Positions 1 through 14,074 of a DNA stretch of 64,000 nucleotides are shown here, piece by piece. Within the stretch, counting starts at the first letter, position 1. Each line of letters opens with the position of its first letter. Origin of the DNA: Octopus vulgaris (taxonomy: Eukaryota); contig OX597832.1 in assembly GCA_951406725.2 (NCBI GenBank), forward strand, positions 4,588,001 through 4,652,000, given 5' to 3'. The notes beneath the pieces were generated by a model. It did no database searches. It was not told the DNA's origin and saw only the letters and a list, made by a program, of their open reading frames with translations. A program made the position numbers and the translations under genes.

Positions 1-503
1 AGGCTTCCAAAGAATAAGTTATGGGGTCGATTTGCTCAACTAAAGGCGGTGCTCCAGCATGGCCACAATCAAATGACTGAAACAAGTAAGAGAGAAAGAG
101 AGAGTGGTATTCATGATTGTAATACTGTAGTTTCAATTCCTGGGCTGGGTGATGTATTGTGTTCTTGAGCAAAACACTTCATTTCACATTGCTCCAGTCC
201 ACTCAGCTGGTAAAAGTGAGTAATCTTGGAATGGACCCGTGTCTCATCCAGGGGGAAAATATATATGCCACAGAATTTGGGTAATTGGCTTTATGAGCCT
301 ATGGCTTGGAAAGGACTTCTAACCTTTTTTTTTTTGTGATAGACATATCATAAGTAAAATGAAGTATTTTACAATTGGTAGTTTAGGAGCTTGAAATCGT
401 ATGCTATGATATACATCAGATCACATCTCAAGATCCTATGATGTAGATAACACCTGACATACTTTAAGTAATGTTTTAGTCAATACAAAGAGCAAAAACT
501 TAC

Positions 504-580
504 CATGTAAAGGACTGGAAATTGATGCAAGTAGAACTAATGTAAAAACAGGATTCCCACTGCTGATGGCATTTTGAATT
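504..580 (-). CDS. GPCR exon (ECL3/TM7): (R)IQNAISSGNPVFTLVLLASISSPLH(G)
   Basis: Acceptor tttatttcag, donor G|gtaagt, 77 nt, phase 2 to 1. The gene probably continues beyond the left edge of the window. Confidence 0.92.
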
Positions 581-1460
581 CTGAAATAAAAAAACAACTA
601 TATAACACCAGAAAAAAAAAAAAGCTGCATTACAAATGAAGTTAGCTGTAGCTAGTCAAATTACATTCATGATTCTGACATCCATGACTGTCAAAACACT
701 ATTATAGGAAAACCTCATGCCATCATTTTTTTTTACCATATCAAATCAACTATGGTAGTAGTTGAATAATATTCTTAAGGCCACAATTTACTCACATGTA
801 GCATCATTCAGAGCTTGTCGCTAATTCAGTTCTTAAACAAATTGAAAACTGTTAACATTTTTGAAGAGGACTGGCCCCTAGCTACATTTTGGCATAAAAA
901 ACAATTGAGATTTGATCCAGTAGAAAAAAGTTTACATCAAAATTTGTAGCAACGCCACCAATCAAGTTTAGGTCTAAATAATTTTTTATTTTAAAAGAAA
1001 AATATATTTATCTTAGCTTCAATGATAGAAGAAAGCATGAAGAATTTCATAGTTTTGGTCCCACGCAACAAAAATTTGCATCAAAAAAGTTGTGAGGTAA
1101 AATATCATGAATAAAAATATAAGGCAGAAAAATTGGATTTAAGTATAATTAATTCTTTTATTTAAAAAACAAACAAACTATATTTTAATTAAGATAGAAC
1201 TCAATTCGAGGAATTTCATGGTATCAATCTCATGCAATGGAGTTTTAAAAGAAAAAAAAGTTACGAGTGTTTGTTTCTCAAACTTGAGGGTGATAATAAT
1301 ATAGTTCTATACTTTTTTATGAATATAGTTCTATAAGGGGACTTTTATATATGTCACCAGCGTCATTGAGGTAAGGACAAAATTATCAACAACACTGCTA
1401 ATTGACACAGCTGACTCAATATTAATTAGCATAATAGCATAGCCTGGAAAAAACATGAAC

Positions 1461-2314
1461 TACATGGAAAAATGCGAGGAAGAGAAATAATATTCATAAC
1501 ATTATAAACCTGAAAAATTACAGGACAAGTTATTACATTTGGAAAAGTTCAGGACAAATTATTACATCTGGTAAAGTACAGAACAAGAAAATTTTTACTT
1601 AAAATATTGCAGCTAAGGATAAAATTTGAATATTAAAAATTATTTGATTTTAATTTACAAAGTAACATTATAATTAAAAACGGTACCATCATTTTGTTAG
1701 AATATTGACACACTAGAATACTTAAAAAATGAGAGCCCGAAGTCCAATATAGCTAAAGTTTTGTGCAAAGTAGAATAGTATGTATGGTAGGCAAATTCAT
1801 TATGTAAAAAAATAGGCATTGGGTCAAGACTAAAAATTTGAAGACTTTAGGCAGTAACTTAAGCAAATTTTACTGTGAATTTGTTGTTATAGGTAGATTT
1901 TACTGTAATATATAACTAGTTTTCGTATTATTCTATTTATTGTACTAACTAATTATGTATACTATTATTTTTATAACCTATTTTCAAATTTCTGATTATT
2001 AATTAATAATTAAAAATATGAATTTTTTTGAAGTGCAAAAAGTATTCTAATTGAGTTATTTTTAATAGAAGTAACAAGTAATAACTTGTAATAAAAATTT
2101 TAGTTTTAATAAAAGCTAATATTTTCTAAATCTAAATATTTTATTTGAAATCTTATCCTTAGCTGCAATATTTTAAGTAAAAATTTTCTTATTCTGTACT
2201 TTACCAGATGTAATAACTTGTCCTGAACTTTTCCAAGTGGAATAACTTGTCCTGTAATTTTCCAGGTTTATAATGTTTAGAATATTATTTCTCTTGTTCG
2301 CATTTTTCCACGTA
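1461..2314. mobile_element. Foldback/MITE-like element with ~185-bp terminal inverted repeats
   Basis: About 1461-1645 is the reverse complement of about 2135-2314 at high identity (e.g. aaaatttttacttaaaatattgcagctaaggat / atccttagctgcaatattttaagtaaaaatttt). AT-rich non-coding core. Confidence 0.85.
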
Positions 2315-2325
2315 ATTGTAATATA

Positions 2326-3594
2326 TTGGGTTGGCAAGAAAGTAATTTCGGTTTTTTAGTGTGCAATAAAAGTCATTTTTTTTCATACAAAGAATGAACT
2401 TTAATCAATTATATACTTTTCATTTTGTGCAATGACCTTTTGCCATCTTTCTGGCAACTTCATGATTCAATGCTCATAGAACTTCTGGTCTTTATCAGCC
2501 AAAAACTGAAGCAGGTGCGATTTCATGTCATCATCGTTATTGAAAGTTTTATCATTCAAAAAATTTTGCAAACTATGAAATAAATGGTAATCTGATGGTG
2601 CAAGGTCAGGGCTATATGGTGGATGTGACATCACTTCTCAATCAAGCTCCAATAATTTGTTACGAGTTAGTAAAGATGTCAGTGGAACATGATTTCTTTA
2701 CAATTTGCCAATTCTGGCCATTTTTTTTTTATTGCTTCTTCCAGTCTCATTAGTTGTTTACAGTAAACATTTGAATTGATCGTTTGGTTCCTTGGAAGTA
2801 GTTTAAAATACACTACACCTTTCTAATCCCACCAAATTGGTAGCATGACCTTTTATGAATGCAATTCAGCATTTGATGTGGTTTGTGCTGGTTCATTATG
2901 CTTGGACCATGATCGTTTTTGATTGATGCTATTGTAGACAATCCACCTTTCATCACCAGTGAAGATTGGTTTCAAACAAAGGTCAATTTCCCTGCGTTTG
3001 AGATGCATATGACAAATATTGATTTGTTGTGTTAAGTGAATCTCTTTCAATTTATGTGGAACCCAAATATTGAGTTTCTTAACGAGTCCAAGACATTTTA
3101 AGTGATTTTCAATTGCTGTATGTGACACATTTAACCTCTCTGCAATCTCTCGCACAGTTATATGACAATTAGATTCAACTATGGCTTTTTTTCAGTCATC
3201 ATCAACTCCAGTAAGTTGACCAGAAATGTTGGTCATCTTTGAGTGAAAAATCTCCAGAATGGAACTGTTTAAACCATTTCTGACATGTGCATTCTGTTAA
3301 GCAATCAACACCATAAACTTCACATATCTCTTTATGAGCCTCAGCAGCTTTCTTGCTTTTATGGAAATAAAAAAAATAAAATATGGTGAAAATGTTCCTT
3401 TTTATACTACATGTTAAAATTGACACTGAACTAACAGCTGTAAACAAAATTATGTGCAATTTGCTTCAAAAGTAAGCTAAAAGTAATAGTTATCAAATGT
3501 CACAAGGAATAAAATCCTAACATTGACAAAAGTCATTAAAAAAAATCGTAACTATCTATTTGTAAAAAACGAAATTACTTTCTTGTCAACCCAA
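2326..3594 (-). mobile_element. Near-full-length degenerate mariner (Tc1/mariner) DNA transposon
   Basis: TIRs TTGGGTTGGCAAGAAAGTAATTTCG.. and ..CGAAATTACTTTCTTGTCAACCCAA, TA on the left flank, about 1.27 kb. Frameshifted transposase with WVPHKL, TGDERW and HPPYSPDLAPSDYHL (around 2580-2625). Confidence 0.95.
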
Positions 3595-5342
3595 TCAATA
3601 TATTCATTTTACCATCAGCCAGGTGCCCTCTCAGTAACCAGAGGTCGGCTTGCCAAGATTCTCTAGTTCCCACTGTGTTGTGCTACATGCATACATTCAG
3701 CCAGGCACTTTTTTCCAGTTTATTCTTAGAGGTTGTCAGACCACAAACTTTTTGATGGCCTCTTAGTCTTTTCATTTCCCACTTCTTATCAGGACAGTCT
3801 TGGTCAATAAATCATAGTGCATTGTAGATCAAAATATGACAGCTTCATGAACTGGATTCTCAACAAAAGGTGTCCTTGGACTTTCAGCTTTTCTAGTACT
3901 GCAGTATTTGTTACTCTGTCTTTCCAGATCATCCTATCCAATATGCAAAAATATCCATATCACAAAGGCTTCTATTTCTCCTCCATTGTTGCATACATTG
4001 TCCAGAATTCTGCCCCTGGCCTCAATTTTAAGTGCAATGTGATATCTTTTGAGGTGATGATATTTTTCATTCTTATAAATGTTATTTAAGTCTTATTTAT
4101 TCTTATATTTATTAAGTACATTAAAACAGAGTGGAATGTTCAGAACAGCAGAGATGACATACAACACAATATAGAAACAAATTATATAAAGAAGTCACCT
4201 TTGATCCTTCATTGTATAAAGGTAAAATTCTTATAAAGGAAACCTACTGAATTGGATAGGAGCTAAAGATATAGATTCAACTAAATAAGATGGTTATCCT
4301 TTAAAAGTTCATCAATGATCACAATAGGGATCTCATTTAGTAGACTCTTTATTTTTAGTTCAATTTAGTAGTTTTTCTTTCCCAAAGGAATCTTCTCTGA
4401 TGCAGTATTTTATACAGTAGCCATATAACTCTGGTATTATCAGATTACAGAAATATGTAATGACATCAGTCTTAATATCTCCTGTAAAGAGTTTGGTCCA
4501 TTTTAGTCTCGATAATTAGGCTGCTAAATATTTATGTGAAACTCAACAGAGAAGGAGAAGCAAGTTAAGATGAAGGCAAGTTCAGTTAGGTGGCTGAGGA
4601 GGATGGATCCAAAAAAGATTTATGAAAAGATTAACCAATTTAGGATTTGGAGAAGACAATGCATTGAACACTAAGTGACAACTGGAAAATTAAAAGGAAA
4701 ATAACAGAGAAGATGGTAAAGAGAGAAGATACTCAATGACTGACCAAGAGGACACAGAAAACTGCTGCACTACTGTGCTATATTGTGTGTGGGAGAGGAA
4801 AGGATGGAGGTCCATGTTGGTTTGGCACATGAAGAAGAAATATTTGGAAAGTTGGTAGAAATGAGCGTGTCAGAGTGTACATCAGTTTGACTTCAAATCC
4901 TACTTGGTCTGGCTTTTTTATTATCTTCCACCTTTTTCAATTTCAATAGAAAAGGAAGCATGCATGTAGTTAAACTGCTTCTGTAAGTTAATTCAACTGA
5001 GTACAACTTTTCCTTACATATTTATGCTCTTGTGACAATGTAAGAAATCAATAATTATAAATGGATTTCTCTTCACTAAAAGCAAAGTCAATTTTTCAAA
5101 GGCAACAGTCTGTAGTTGATACTCTTTTTATTCTATGGAGCCTGGAAGGATGGAAGATAAAGTCAACTTGTATGGAACTTGAACTCAGTCACATATGAAT
5201 TAAACAATACTTTGATGTATTTAATCCAATATTCCACTGATTTCGTTATATTTACTACCATTCTTATCGTGATATATTCTTATAGTGATATGAAACCTGT
5301 GAAAACAGCTTAGGGAAATGTTGGTGCAAACTGTGTACTCAC

Positions 5343-5425
5343 CTATTCACCAATGGAAAAATGGAAACTGCTAAGTAAACAAAGGGATAGCCCCTTAAAG
5401 GCTTTATGTCTTCTTTCAGCATTTG
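5343..5425 (-). CDS. GPCR exon (ICL3/TM6): QMLKEDIKPLRGYPFVYLAVSIFPLVN
   Basis: Acceptor atatttctttag, donor AG|gtgagt, 83 nt, phase 0 to 2. LxxYP...PxxNR pattern typical of CAR-like TM6. Confidence 0.93.
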
Positions 5426-7375
5426 CTAAAGAAATATAATCAAAAGAGATTTATTCACAATCATTTAATACAATGAATATATTTGAATACTGTTAATATG
5501 GAGGGTTTCAGCAAAGTTCAAACTACTTTAAAGGAATAGCCTAACTGCAGATAAACTTTTTATGCAGGAACAAAGTTTTAGAAGTTTATTTATAATTTAA
5601 GAACAGAATATATTGTAGGGAAGTGGTTCTCAAAACATGCACTATGACACATTGGTGTGCTGTAAAGTGTACCCATGTGCACCATGGATTTTAAAAAATA
5701 TAATGCTTGAGTGGTTAGGGAAACATGTTATTCATAATTTTGTTACACACAAGTATGAAAATAAACTAAGCAACAGTTTTTTTTTTTAATATTGTTTCTA
5801 AATTTCTAACTTTAAAACATAATTCATCATAACATTCCATGCAAGGTGCACTAGTATTACTGCTTTTTTATTTGTTTTATCTCCAGCAGTCAAAACAATA
5901 AACAACTATTATTAGTGTGATAATTTTATTTTCTGCACAATTTATAAATGTAGTATGTTGTAGAATATTTGTATTTATTAAAAACAAATTAAGTCTTTCT
6001 AGCAACAATACAAATTATTCATGGTGCAATATTAGTACATTGGTTATTTTTATCAATGGTTGATTACAGTTATGAATGGTGATCATAACTATGAATGGTG
6101 GATACGACTAAGTATATAGTAGCATATATCAGCAACCGGTGAGGATATAGTAATATATAAAAATGATAGAAAAGGACAATAATAGAAGCTGGTAAACTGG
6201 ATATAAAATGGCAACAATGAATGTCCAACCAGTATTACAGTCTGTATAATATCATAATTACATAATGTAATGTGGATTATGCATCTAGTAGTCTTTCAAG
6301 CTCTTGTCAATTCACTGCTAAATGAAGCATCAGCATGGCATTAGAGATTTATCAATGCTGGTTGTAGGACCTACCAAATGTAGATTAAACAAGATGCACC
6401 CCTGGGCAGGTGATTTAGCCCTCACCATCAACATAGGTATGTTCTGAACTTAGAATACAGATAGCTGAAACAGATAGCACAAGACATCTCAGCCAACATT
6501 CTAACAGTTTTGCCAATCCACCATTTTGAGCTGGTATTTTATTTAATTGACATAAGTATGAAAGACAAAGCCAACAATACATTTGGTATAATACAGTATA
6601 TAATGGGAATAATGTAGTGTTCAATTGAGGTTACAAGGCTTTGAAGACCACAGCAAGTACTAGAGGTTGCATAGTGTACTTTTGGCTTAGAGACTATATA
6701 TATATATATATATACACACACATACACACACATATATATATATACATACACAGAGGTAAGCACATAAGTGCAAAACAAGGTGGAAAAAATAGTACACAAT
6801 TATCAAAGGTAGAGTAATATGCTTTTATTAAAACTGCAAAATAATCACAAAAACCCTGAGTAATAGTTTTTGTGATTATTTTGCAGCCATAACAAAAGTA
6901 TATATATATATACAAATATATATATACACACACATGTTGCAACTGTCTTGTACTACATAGTTGGTACCACAAGGTAGTTGAAATTTGAGGGTATAAAGAT
7001 AGAAAGGTGCAGAAATGAAAACTGATGGAGAATGTGATGGCATAACTATTACATTGTCAAATAAATTTATTTGTTTTTGTCTCATTTTTTCTTCTCCCCA
7101 TTTATTTTAATTCTTTCCAATGTTATTTGAATTAATATGAAAATTATTTTTATCATGGTATTTAATGACTTTTTTGCAACTCTAGTCTTCCACTACAGCT
7201 TTTGTTTATTGTTTTTGAAATTTAAATAAGATTTACCTCTTTTCAGACGTATGACAATGGAATATCAAGTAGGAAAAACAAACAGAATTCATCTGACAAC
7301 CCAAGAGAATGGTAAGGTAGAATAAGTATTAAAGTAAGTTTTAGGAGATACATAAAATGTTTAGATAATTCATAC

Positions 7376-7423
7376 CTTATTCCTTTCAGTGTCAGGATCA
7401 TAAGTGCCTTCCCAAGTTGATGC
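7376..7423 (-). CDS. GPCR exon (ICL3): ASTWEGTYDPDTERNK
   Basis: Acceptor cattattctag, donor AAG|gtatg, 48 nt, phase 0 to 0. Hydrophilic loop between TM5 and TM6. Confidence 0.85.
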
Positions 7424-10400
7424 CTAGAATAATGTAAAATATCTTTATCAATATTTGAAGAATCATTCATGAAAGCAAAAGTTTCAGTTAATCCTTTACA
7501 AGCTTGATTATCAAAATTTAATTACATGCCAAGTAACAAGAAAACTTACCATCAATATCAACAGAGTATATTTCTTTTACAAACACAGTAATAATTAAAT
7601 CATACATATATTTTACCAAATTTTACATAATGACTTCTAGATATCAACCTGAAATGAAGATAATTTTTGATATTAGAAAAATTAGAAAAGTTAGAATTAG
7701 CAAATTTTTAAAAGCTTTAAGGGTTCATGCTTTTACTCATCTTGTTCCTTGAGGAGCCACCTGAACACCTTATCATCCCTATTTATTATTTATCTTTTTG
7801 CAGCTCCTATGGAGCATTTTCCCCACCTCTTTTAAATGTGAGTAGTCATATATCACCTCTACAAGAACCTGCTTGCTCCTCTCTTATACTTTAATATCCC
7901 ATCTCCTAGTATAAAGCTTCCCACCTTCTACCACAGGTTTCATAGGCTTGCAAGCTGCATGGTGACCTTACAAGCGACAATAGAATGAGAAGAGCACCAG
8001 TTGGCATTAGAAAAGCACCAGTAGCCATAGAAACCATGACAAAGCAAACACTGGAGCATGACACAGTCCTTAGACCCATCAGATCCTGTCAAACCCATGC
8101 CCATATGAAACACAGATGATGATGGTTGTGATGGTGGTGGTGGTGGTGGTAATAAAGATGATGAAATTCTAGAACAAATCTTAACAGTACATGTTCTGTG
8201 TGATGTATAAGGCTAACTGAGGTTTCTGTTGTGGACTATAATAATTTTGAAGCTAATATCTATTTATAAAAAAGAAATGAAAAGTTATCAAACCTGGCAG
8301 AATAAGATATTTTTAATACAGGGATGAAGAAGTAAGATGCAAGATCTTCTTTTCCCTAAATGCGAATATTAAAAATTCTTTATGAAAATCTATTTTAGTC
8401 AAGAGAAGCTTAGTTGTCAAGACAATATAGCTCTTGCTGCTTTCTGAGCTATGTAAGCTTGTTCTAGACTACTGCAAAAAGTCTCATATTGAATATTGTT
8501 AAGTTCCAGTCACAACTTACAATGCCAATGATGATGCTATATTTTACTTGTTGAAGCCAGATTTTGACTTCTCCATGCAAAAAATTAACCTCATATTAGC
8601 AAGAATATGTTCACATACAGTAAACTGTAAACAAATACTTTACTTTCTAAGAACAAGTCTTGCCAAAAATTCAGTCTTTTAATCAATTTTCAGAGGAAAT
8701 GGTGATTGAATGAAATAACTCCTCATAACAGTTCCACTTACCAGGGAACAGAGTGATAAAGGCTATTTAGCTTTAAACAATCTGTTCTCTATTAGATAAC
8801 ATAACTTTGGAAATTCTTTAGGTTTTCCCAAAAGCTTATAGGAAATAAGCTTGCCATATTTTGATTGAGAAACACTTGCAGTTTGACTGAAAATGTTAGT
8901 CAAGCATAAAACTAAATAAACAGATACCACTTTATGTTCCTTTTGTTATTTTATTGGTTTTAACCAGAGGTTGTGGCCATACTGGCACAATTAAATTACA
9001 TGATATAAATTATATTTTGGAACTAAAATGTTATAAGCATCAACCTACTTAATAGTATAAAGACTGCACTTAAATTCGATGACAAATTTGTGCTTTTCAG
9101 ATTAATACAAATTCATATGCATATAAAATTAACCCTATCACTGGTTTTCTATTTACTATATTATGTAATTGCTATAAACTTCAGCTCTAATATTTTGATC
9201 GAAATACATGTTTTGGCTAGCTCTGATCCCACAAATTCATAGAATTTCAACATTTTTATCCACCGGTTAAAAGAATATATTTACTGAAACATAGGTAAGA
9301 TATTAATACAAAACAAGCAGTTAGTTAATTCTCTCTGTCTGGGACACATAAGGCCACAACACATTCTCTCCAACCAATTTTGTTTCCTATAACTCAACAA
9401 TTCAGCAAGTAGGGATAAATAAAATAAGTGCCAAGCTAAATAGGCATTGGGGTCGATATTATCAAGTAAAACTATTAAATATGGTGGCCCAATATTGCTG
9501 CAATTCAATGAATGAATCCACTTTAAAGAATAAGTAGCCTGGTTATATATCTTGTCATCTGTGTTAAATGTTAATGACTAGCTGAAACTTGATAAATTAG
9601 AAAAAGAAATGTAATGAATTAAGTTATTTAACCAGTTGATCTATTTCCATACACCCACACAGAGAAAAAAAAAACAACCCAAAATTGATTCATTCCATAG
9701 AGAATGATTACTCAGGCATATCTTAAATGAGTTGTATGGTAACCTTGAAAGAGAGTTAGAAGCTGAACTCAAAATATATTACTGCTGAAACTAAATTAAA
9801 AATCAATTATTATCATAGCTAGTAAGTTACAGAACTCTATATAGTTCCTGAGAGTTGAAATCATAACATCACGATCACCTGTTTCTGATTTAAATTAAAC
9901 ATTATACCTTTCAAGCACATAAAAAAAAGATAAATAAATAAACAAAACAAAAAACACCTCTAGTTCATAAGATATTTCAGAGATAAAATTCCAAATGTTA
10001 GTTAGTGTTAAGAAATAAATAAATTACACTAAGTTTTGTTGTTATATTTTAATGAAAACCACCCAAATATTGAGTTGATAAAAGTGGAAAAAAAAAAAAG
10101 AAAAGAAAAAAAAAAGAAAAAAATGTGTATATTTTCAGGGATAAATCTATTCAGCAGACAATTCTGTTTTGAAAATAGAATTAATGTTTTCAACAAAATA
10201 TTTTCTGTGGTTATTCATTTCTTCCTAAACATTAAGAAAGATATTAAAGGAGCGCTTGCAGCTATTGTTGAACAATAACAATTAATTTTAGGTTTTAAAT
10301 GTTTTATTGAAGGTTATATATAAAGCATACAGATGTATAGTTATATATAGTATATATATATAGAGAGAGAGAGACACACACACACACACACATATATATA

Positions 10401-10974
10401 TAGGTACATACACACATACATATATATATAGACACGCACACATTCATACACACACACACACATATATATAGATACACACACATACACACACACGTAATAT
10501 ATATATAGATAGATAAATGCATTTTGCCTCCTGTCTATTATATTAAACATTGATGATATATTGAAATGATTGAGAGTATATTCAGTTCAAAATGTTTGTG
10601 TGTCTGTATGCATGTGTGTATGCACACATATCTATTTGTGTTTTCATGCAGAAAATGCAATGCTCAATGTACAGTAGTGTTAGAAGTGTGTAGAGTCTAT
10701 TAAAATTGTAAGTAAAGTGAGTTATTTCTTGATTCATATATGTTTTGTGTGTCATAAATAGTCATAATTGATGAGTATTTTTGACTAATATCATCTTCAG
10801 AAACCCTTTAGGGATGTGGAAATGATCAAGATTATCCCCACACAATTATAGCTCTCTTGCGCTCTCTCTCTCTCTCTCTCTCATGTGTATGTATATGTGT
10901 GTGTGTGTATGTATATGTGTGTGTGTGTATGTATATGTGTGTATGGTGTGTATATATGTATATGTATGCATGTA

Positions 10975-11015
<41 letters not shown>

Positions 11016-12256
11016 GGTATAATATCTACATTTGCATCTTCTTACATACCTTATACACATTTTAAGTCTCTATCTACTGCCCTCCGCCTCCCTTCATTCC
11101 TTTCTCATCTATCACTAACTCTTCCTGCTATCACTGTAAACCCCTATTATCAATCTAACTCTCTTCTATCACACCATCTGTGTAGGGAGGGATAATATTG
11201 GATCTATCTATATTCAATCACCATTACTTCTTTCTCTTCCATTTCTCCCTCTTCTACCATTTATTATTGTGACAATTCACTCACACTCTCTTTTGCCATC
11301 ATGCATCTCTCTCTCTCTCTTTCTCTCTCTCCCTCTATCTATCTATCTATCTATCTCTTTCTTTTACGTTACTACCGCCTGGACATCCAACACCTTTTCC
11401 TACTTCCATCATTTCCTCTTCCATCACTAACTCCCTCTTATCACATTCTCTCCCTTGATGCTGCTGCTCATGTTGTTTTTCTATTCAGTCTCCTTACCAA
11501 CAACCATCATGTAGCTATGTATCCATCTACTTTCCATTACTTTCTCTGCAATCATCTTTTTATATTGTTTCTTCCATTTTGCTTTCCCTCTTGCATCACC
11601 TTTTTACTCAGATCCTCTTGATAATGTTACTTTGAAAGCATGGAGATAATGTACAGTAGAGAAGAATCTTTAATCTTTCTGCAGATAAGACAACTTCTCC
11701 AGTGCTGGTGACATGATAAAATGCATCCAGTATACTCTATAAAATATATGGCAAATAACAGAAACAATAGAAGAGAGAGGATGATTTTTCATCTTGCCAG
11801 AAACAGGATAACCTCTCAAGTGTTGGTGGTATGATAAAATGTACCCAGTACACTCCTTAAAGAGGTTGCAATTAGGAATGGCATCAAGCAGTAGGAACCA
11901 TGGCAAAAATGGAACATATGAGTGAAATATAGTCCCAATTTATCTTGAAGGGCAGTAATTCCAAATAAGAGCTAACACAAAACACGATGACCCATTTAAC
12001 TTATGCTAGTATGAAAAATGATGATGATAACAATGATGGTGATGGTAGTGGTGGTGGTGGTGATACGAAGAAAGAAATTTATGTCGATATAGATTTATTT
12101 TTAAGAAGTTGTCTGCGACTCAAGCTTTTGCCATAAACTGCTTATCAAACAGTGGTATGCAAAATGAAATGAAGTATATATACATATGTGTGTGTGTATG
12201 TGTGTTGCTCCATCGCATGTCTCTGTCTTGGAATATACCCAACACTTAAATATTTA

Positions 12257-12303
<47 letters not shown>

Positions 12304-12373
12304 AAACAAAAGAAGGTAAATGCACACAGTTCACATAGTTTTTATATATTTTAAATGATAGAGTATTGTGGTA

Positions 12374-13085
12374 ATCGACTGGTTTTGCATTTTGCTAATC
12401 ATGACATGGAAATTATTGTGATTTTGTATTTTCTTATGAAGGTTTTAGTCCATGTTTTTGTATGAAAGTTTGTGAGTGAATAAACAAGTAGAAAAATATA
12501 AGGGGAGGTAATTATTGATTGTTATTATTTGTGACAGGGGAGGTAATGGCTCATTTTTGGCTGGTGGTTAAATTAATACCTTTGAGTGAACACATAGAGA
12601 TATGTGCAAGGAATCACTGACCAGATAAACTCATGAGCTAAAGTAGTAGTGTACATATTATGTACACTGATGGATATGTAATCATGAATTACAATATACA
12701 TAGTATGCATTCATATTTAGGCATGTTCTGTATTTTTGATAAATTAATTTTTTTTTTAAATGTTCTTGTGAAGAAATTGTTTCCTTGCACTGGTAGTTAG
12801 AGAAAATAGTGAAATCTGGTCAGTGATTCCTTGCACATATCTCTATGTGTTCACTCAAAGGTATTTATCTATAACTTGAGAAATGGATCTGTTCTTTATG
12901 CAGTGTGGTTCTCTGTCCAAGTGACATACTTGTCTGTCCTATATAGTTATGTCCACAACCCGAACAAGTTATAACACCAATTCTCAGATGCACAAGTGAA
13001 GTTGGTCTTAACTGCAAACCTCTTTCCTTGTTTGAAGTGGAATTCCAAGCCTTCAAGTAGGTTGGGAACTCACCACATGGGGATA
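12374..13085 (-). mobile_element. Penelope-like retroelement 3' fragment (GIY-YIG endonuclease plus 3' region)
   Basis: ITCSGCGHNYIGQTSMSLGQRTTLHKEQI continues past stops as IPLSEHIEICA. A degenerate hammerhead motif lies downstream on the same strand. Confidence 0.8.
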
Positions 13086-13219
13086 ATAGCAATTCTCTTC
13101 TTTTTTTTAAACTATATATGTGTGTGTGCATGTGTATGTGTGTGTAAATATATATGATATATGGTATATATGCATATATGAGTTTTTGTGTGTGTGTAAA
13201 TTTACATGATCTAGTAGTG

Positions 13220-13273
<54 letters not shown>

Positions 13274-14074
13274 AAGAAAGGTGGGGGAATCTGAAGGTTA
13301 GAGATTTAGCATATGTCAAGGCTAGAAAGTATTCAAAAGAGAGAATGGCAGTAAAACTTAAGAATAAAAATATGAGAATACAATAAGAGTCAAAAATGGA
13401 AAATAATAATAATATGGAAATATTTTGGACATGCATATTTGATGAATAGAGGGTGGAGATGATAGAGGACCAAGACATGTGGCACATTACTGTACTTAAT
13501 AAGACCCATCCACCACAACAGAATTGAGATCCTAAAACCAAGGTGTCACATAAAAAGCACTGGTGTGGGTGCTGGTGCCACATAAAAAGCACCGGTGATG
13601 GCGCCATGTAAAAAGCACTCAGTATACTCTGTAAAGTGGTTGGCATTAGGAAGGACATCCAGCCATAGACACAAAGCCAGAACAGATTATGGGACTTGGC
13701 ATGGCCCCTGGCCTTGCCAGTACCTGTCAAATCGTCCAACCCATGCCAGCATGGAAAACGGATATTAAATGTTGATGATGATTGTTGGTGAGTTCATGTC
13801 TAAATTAAAATGTAATGATTTGGCTACTAAATTCAAAGTTATATTCCAACAATTTAAATTGCAAAGGGAACAATATATAATAGTTATAGCTGAAAGGGCT
13901 ATATGGTTAAAAATAGCTGCTTTGGAGAACTTGGCTGGATAATCATAAAGAATCATATTAAATTTTGAGTTGGTAGAGATTGCATTTAAATATTATTGAC
14001 TTAGACTTTATAGAAAACCTTTTATATAAACAAACATGTGTTAATTGTGTTCAATTTTAATGTACAGGAACAAG

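Noticed and set aside
13107-13739. 210-aa ORF with a poly-Leu run
   Set aside because: Composite of an antisense RTE 3' tail and a (TAG)n microsatellite.
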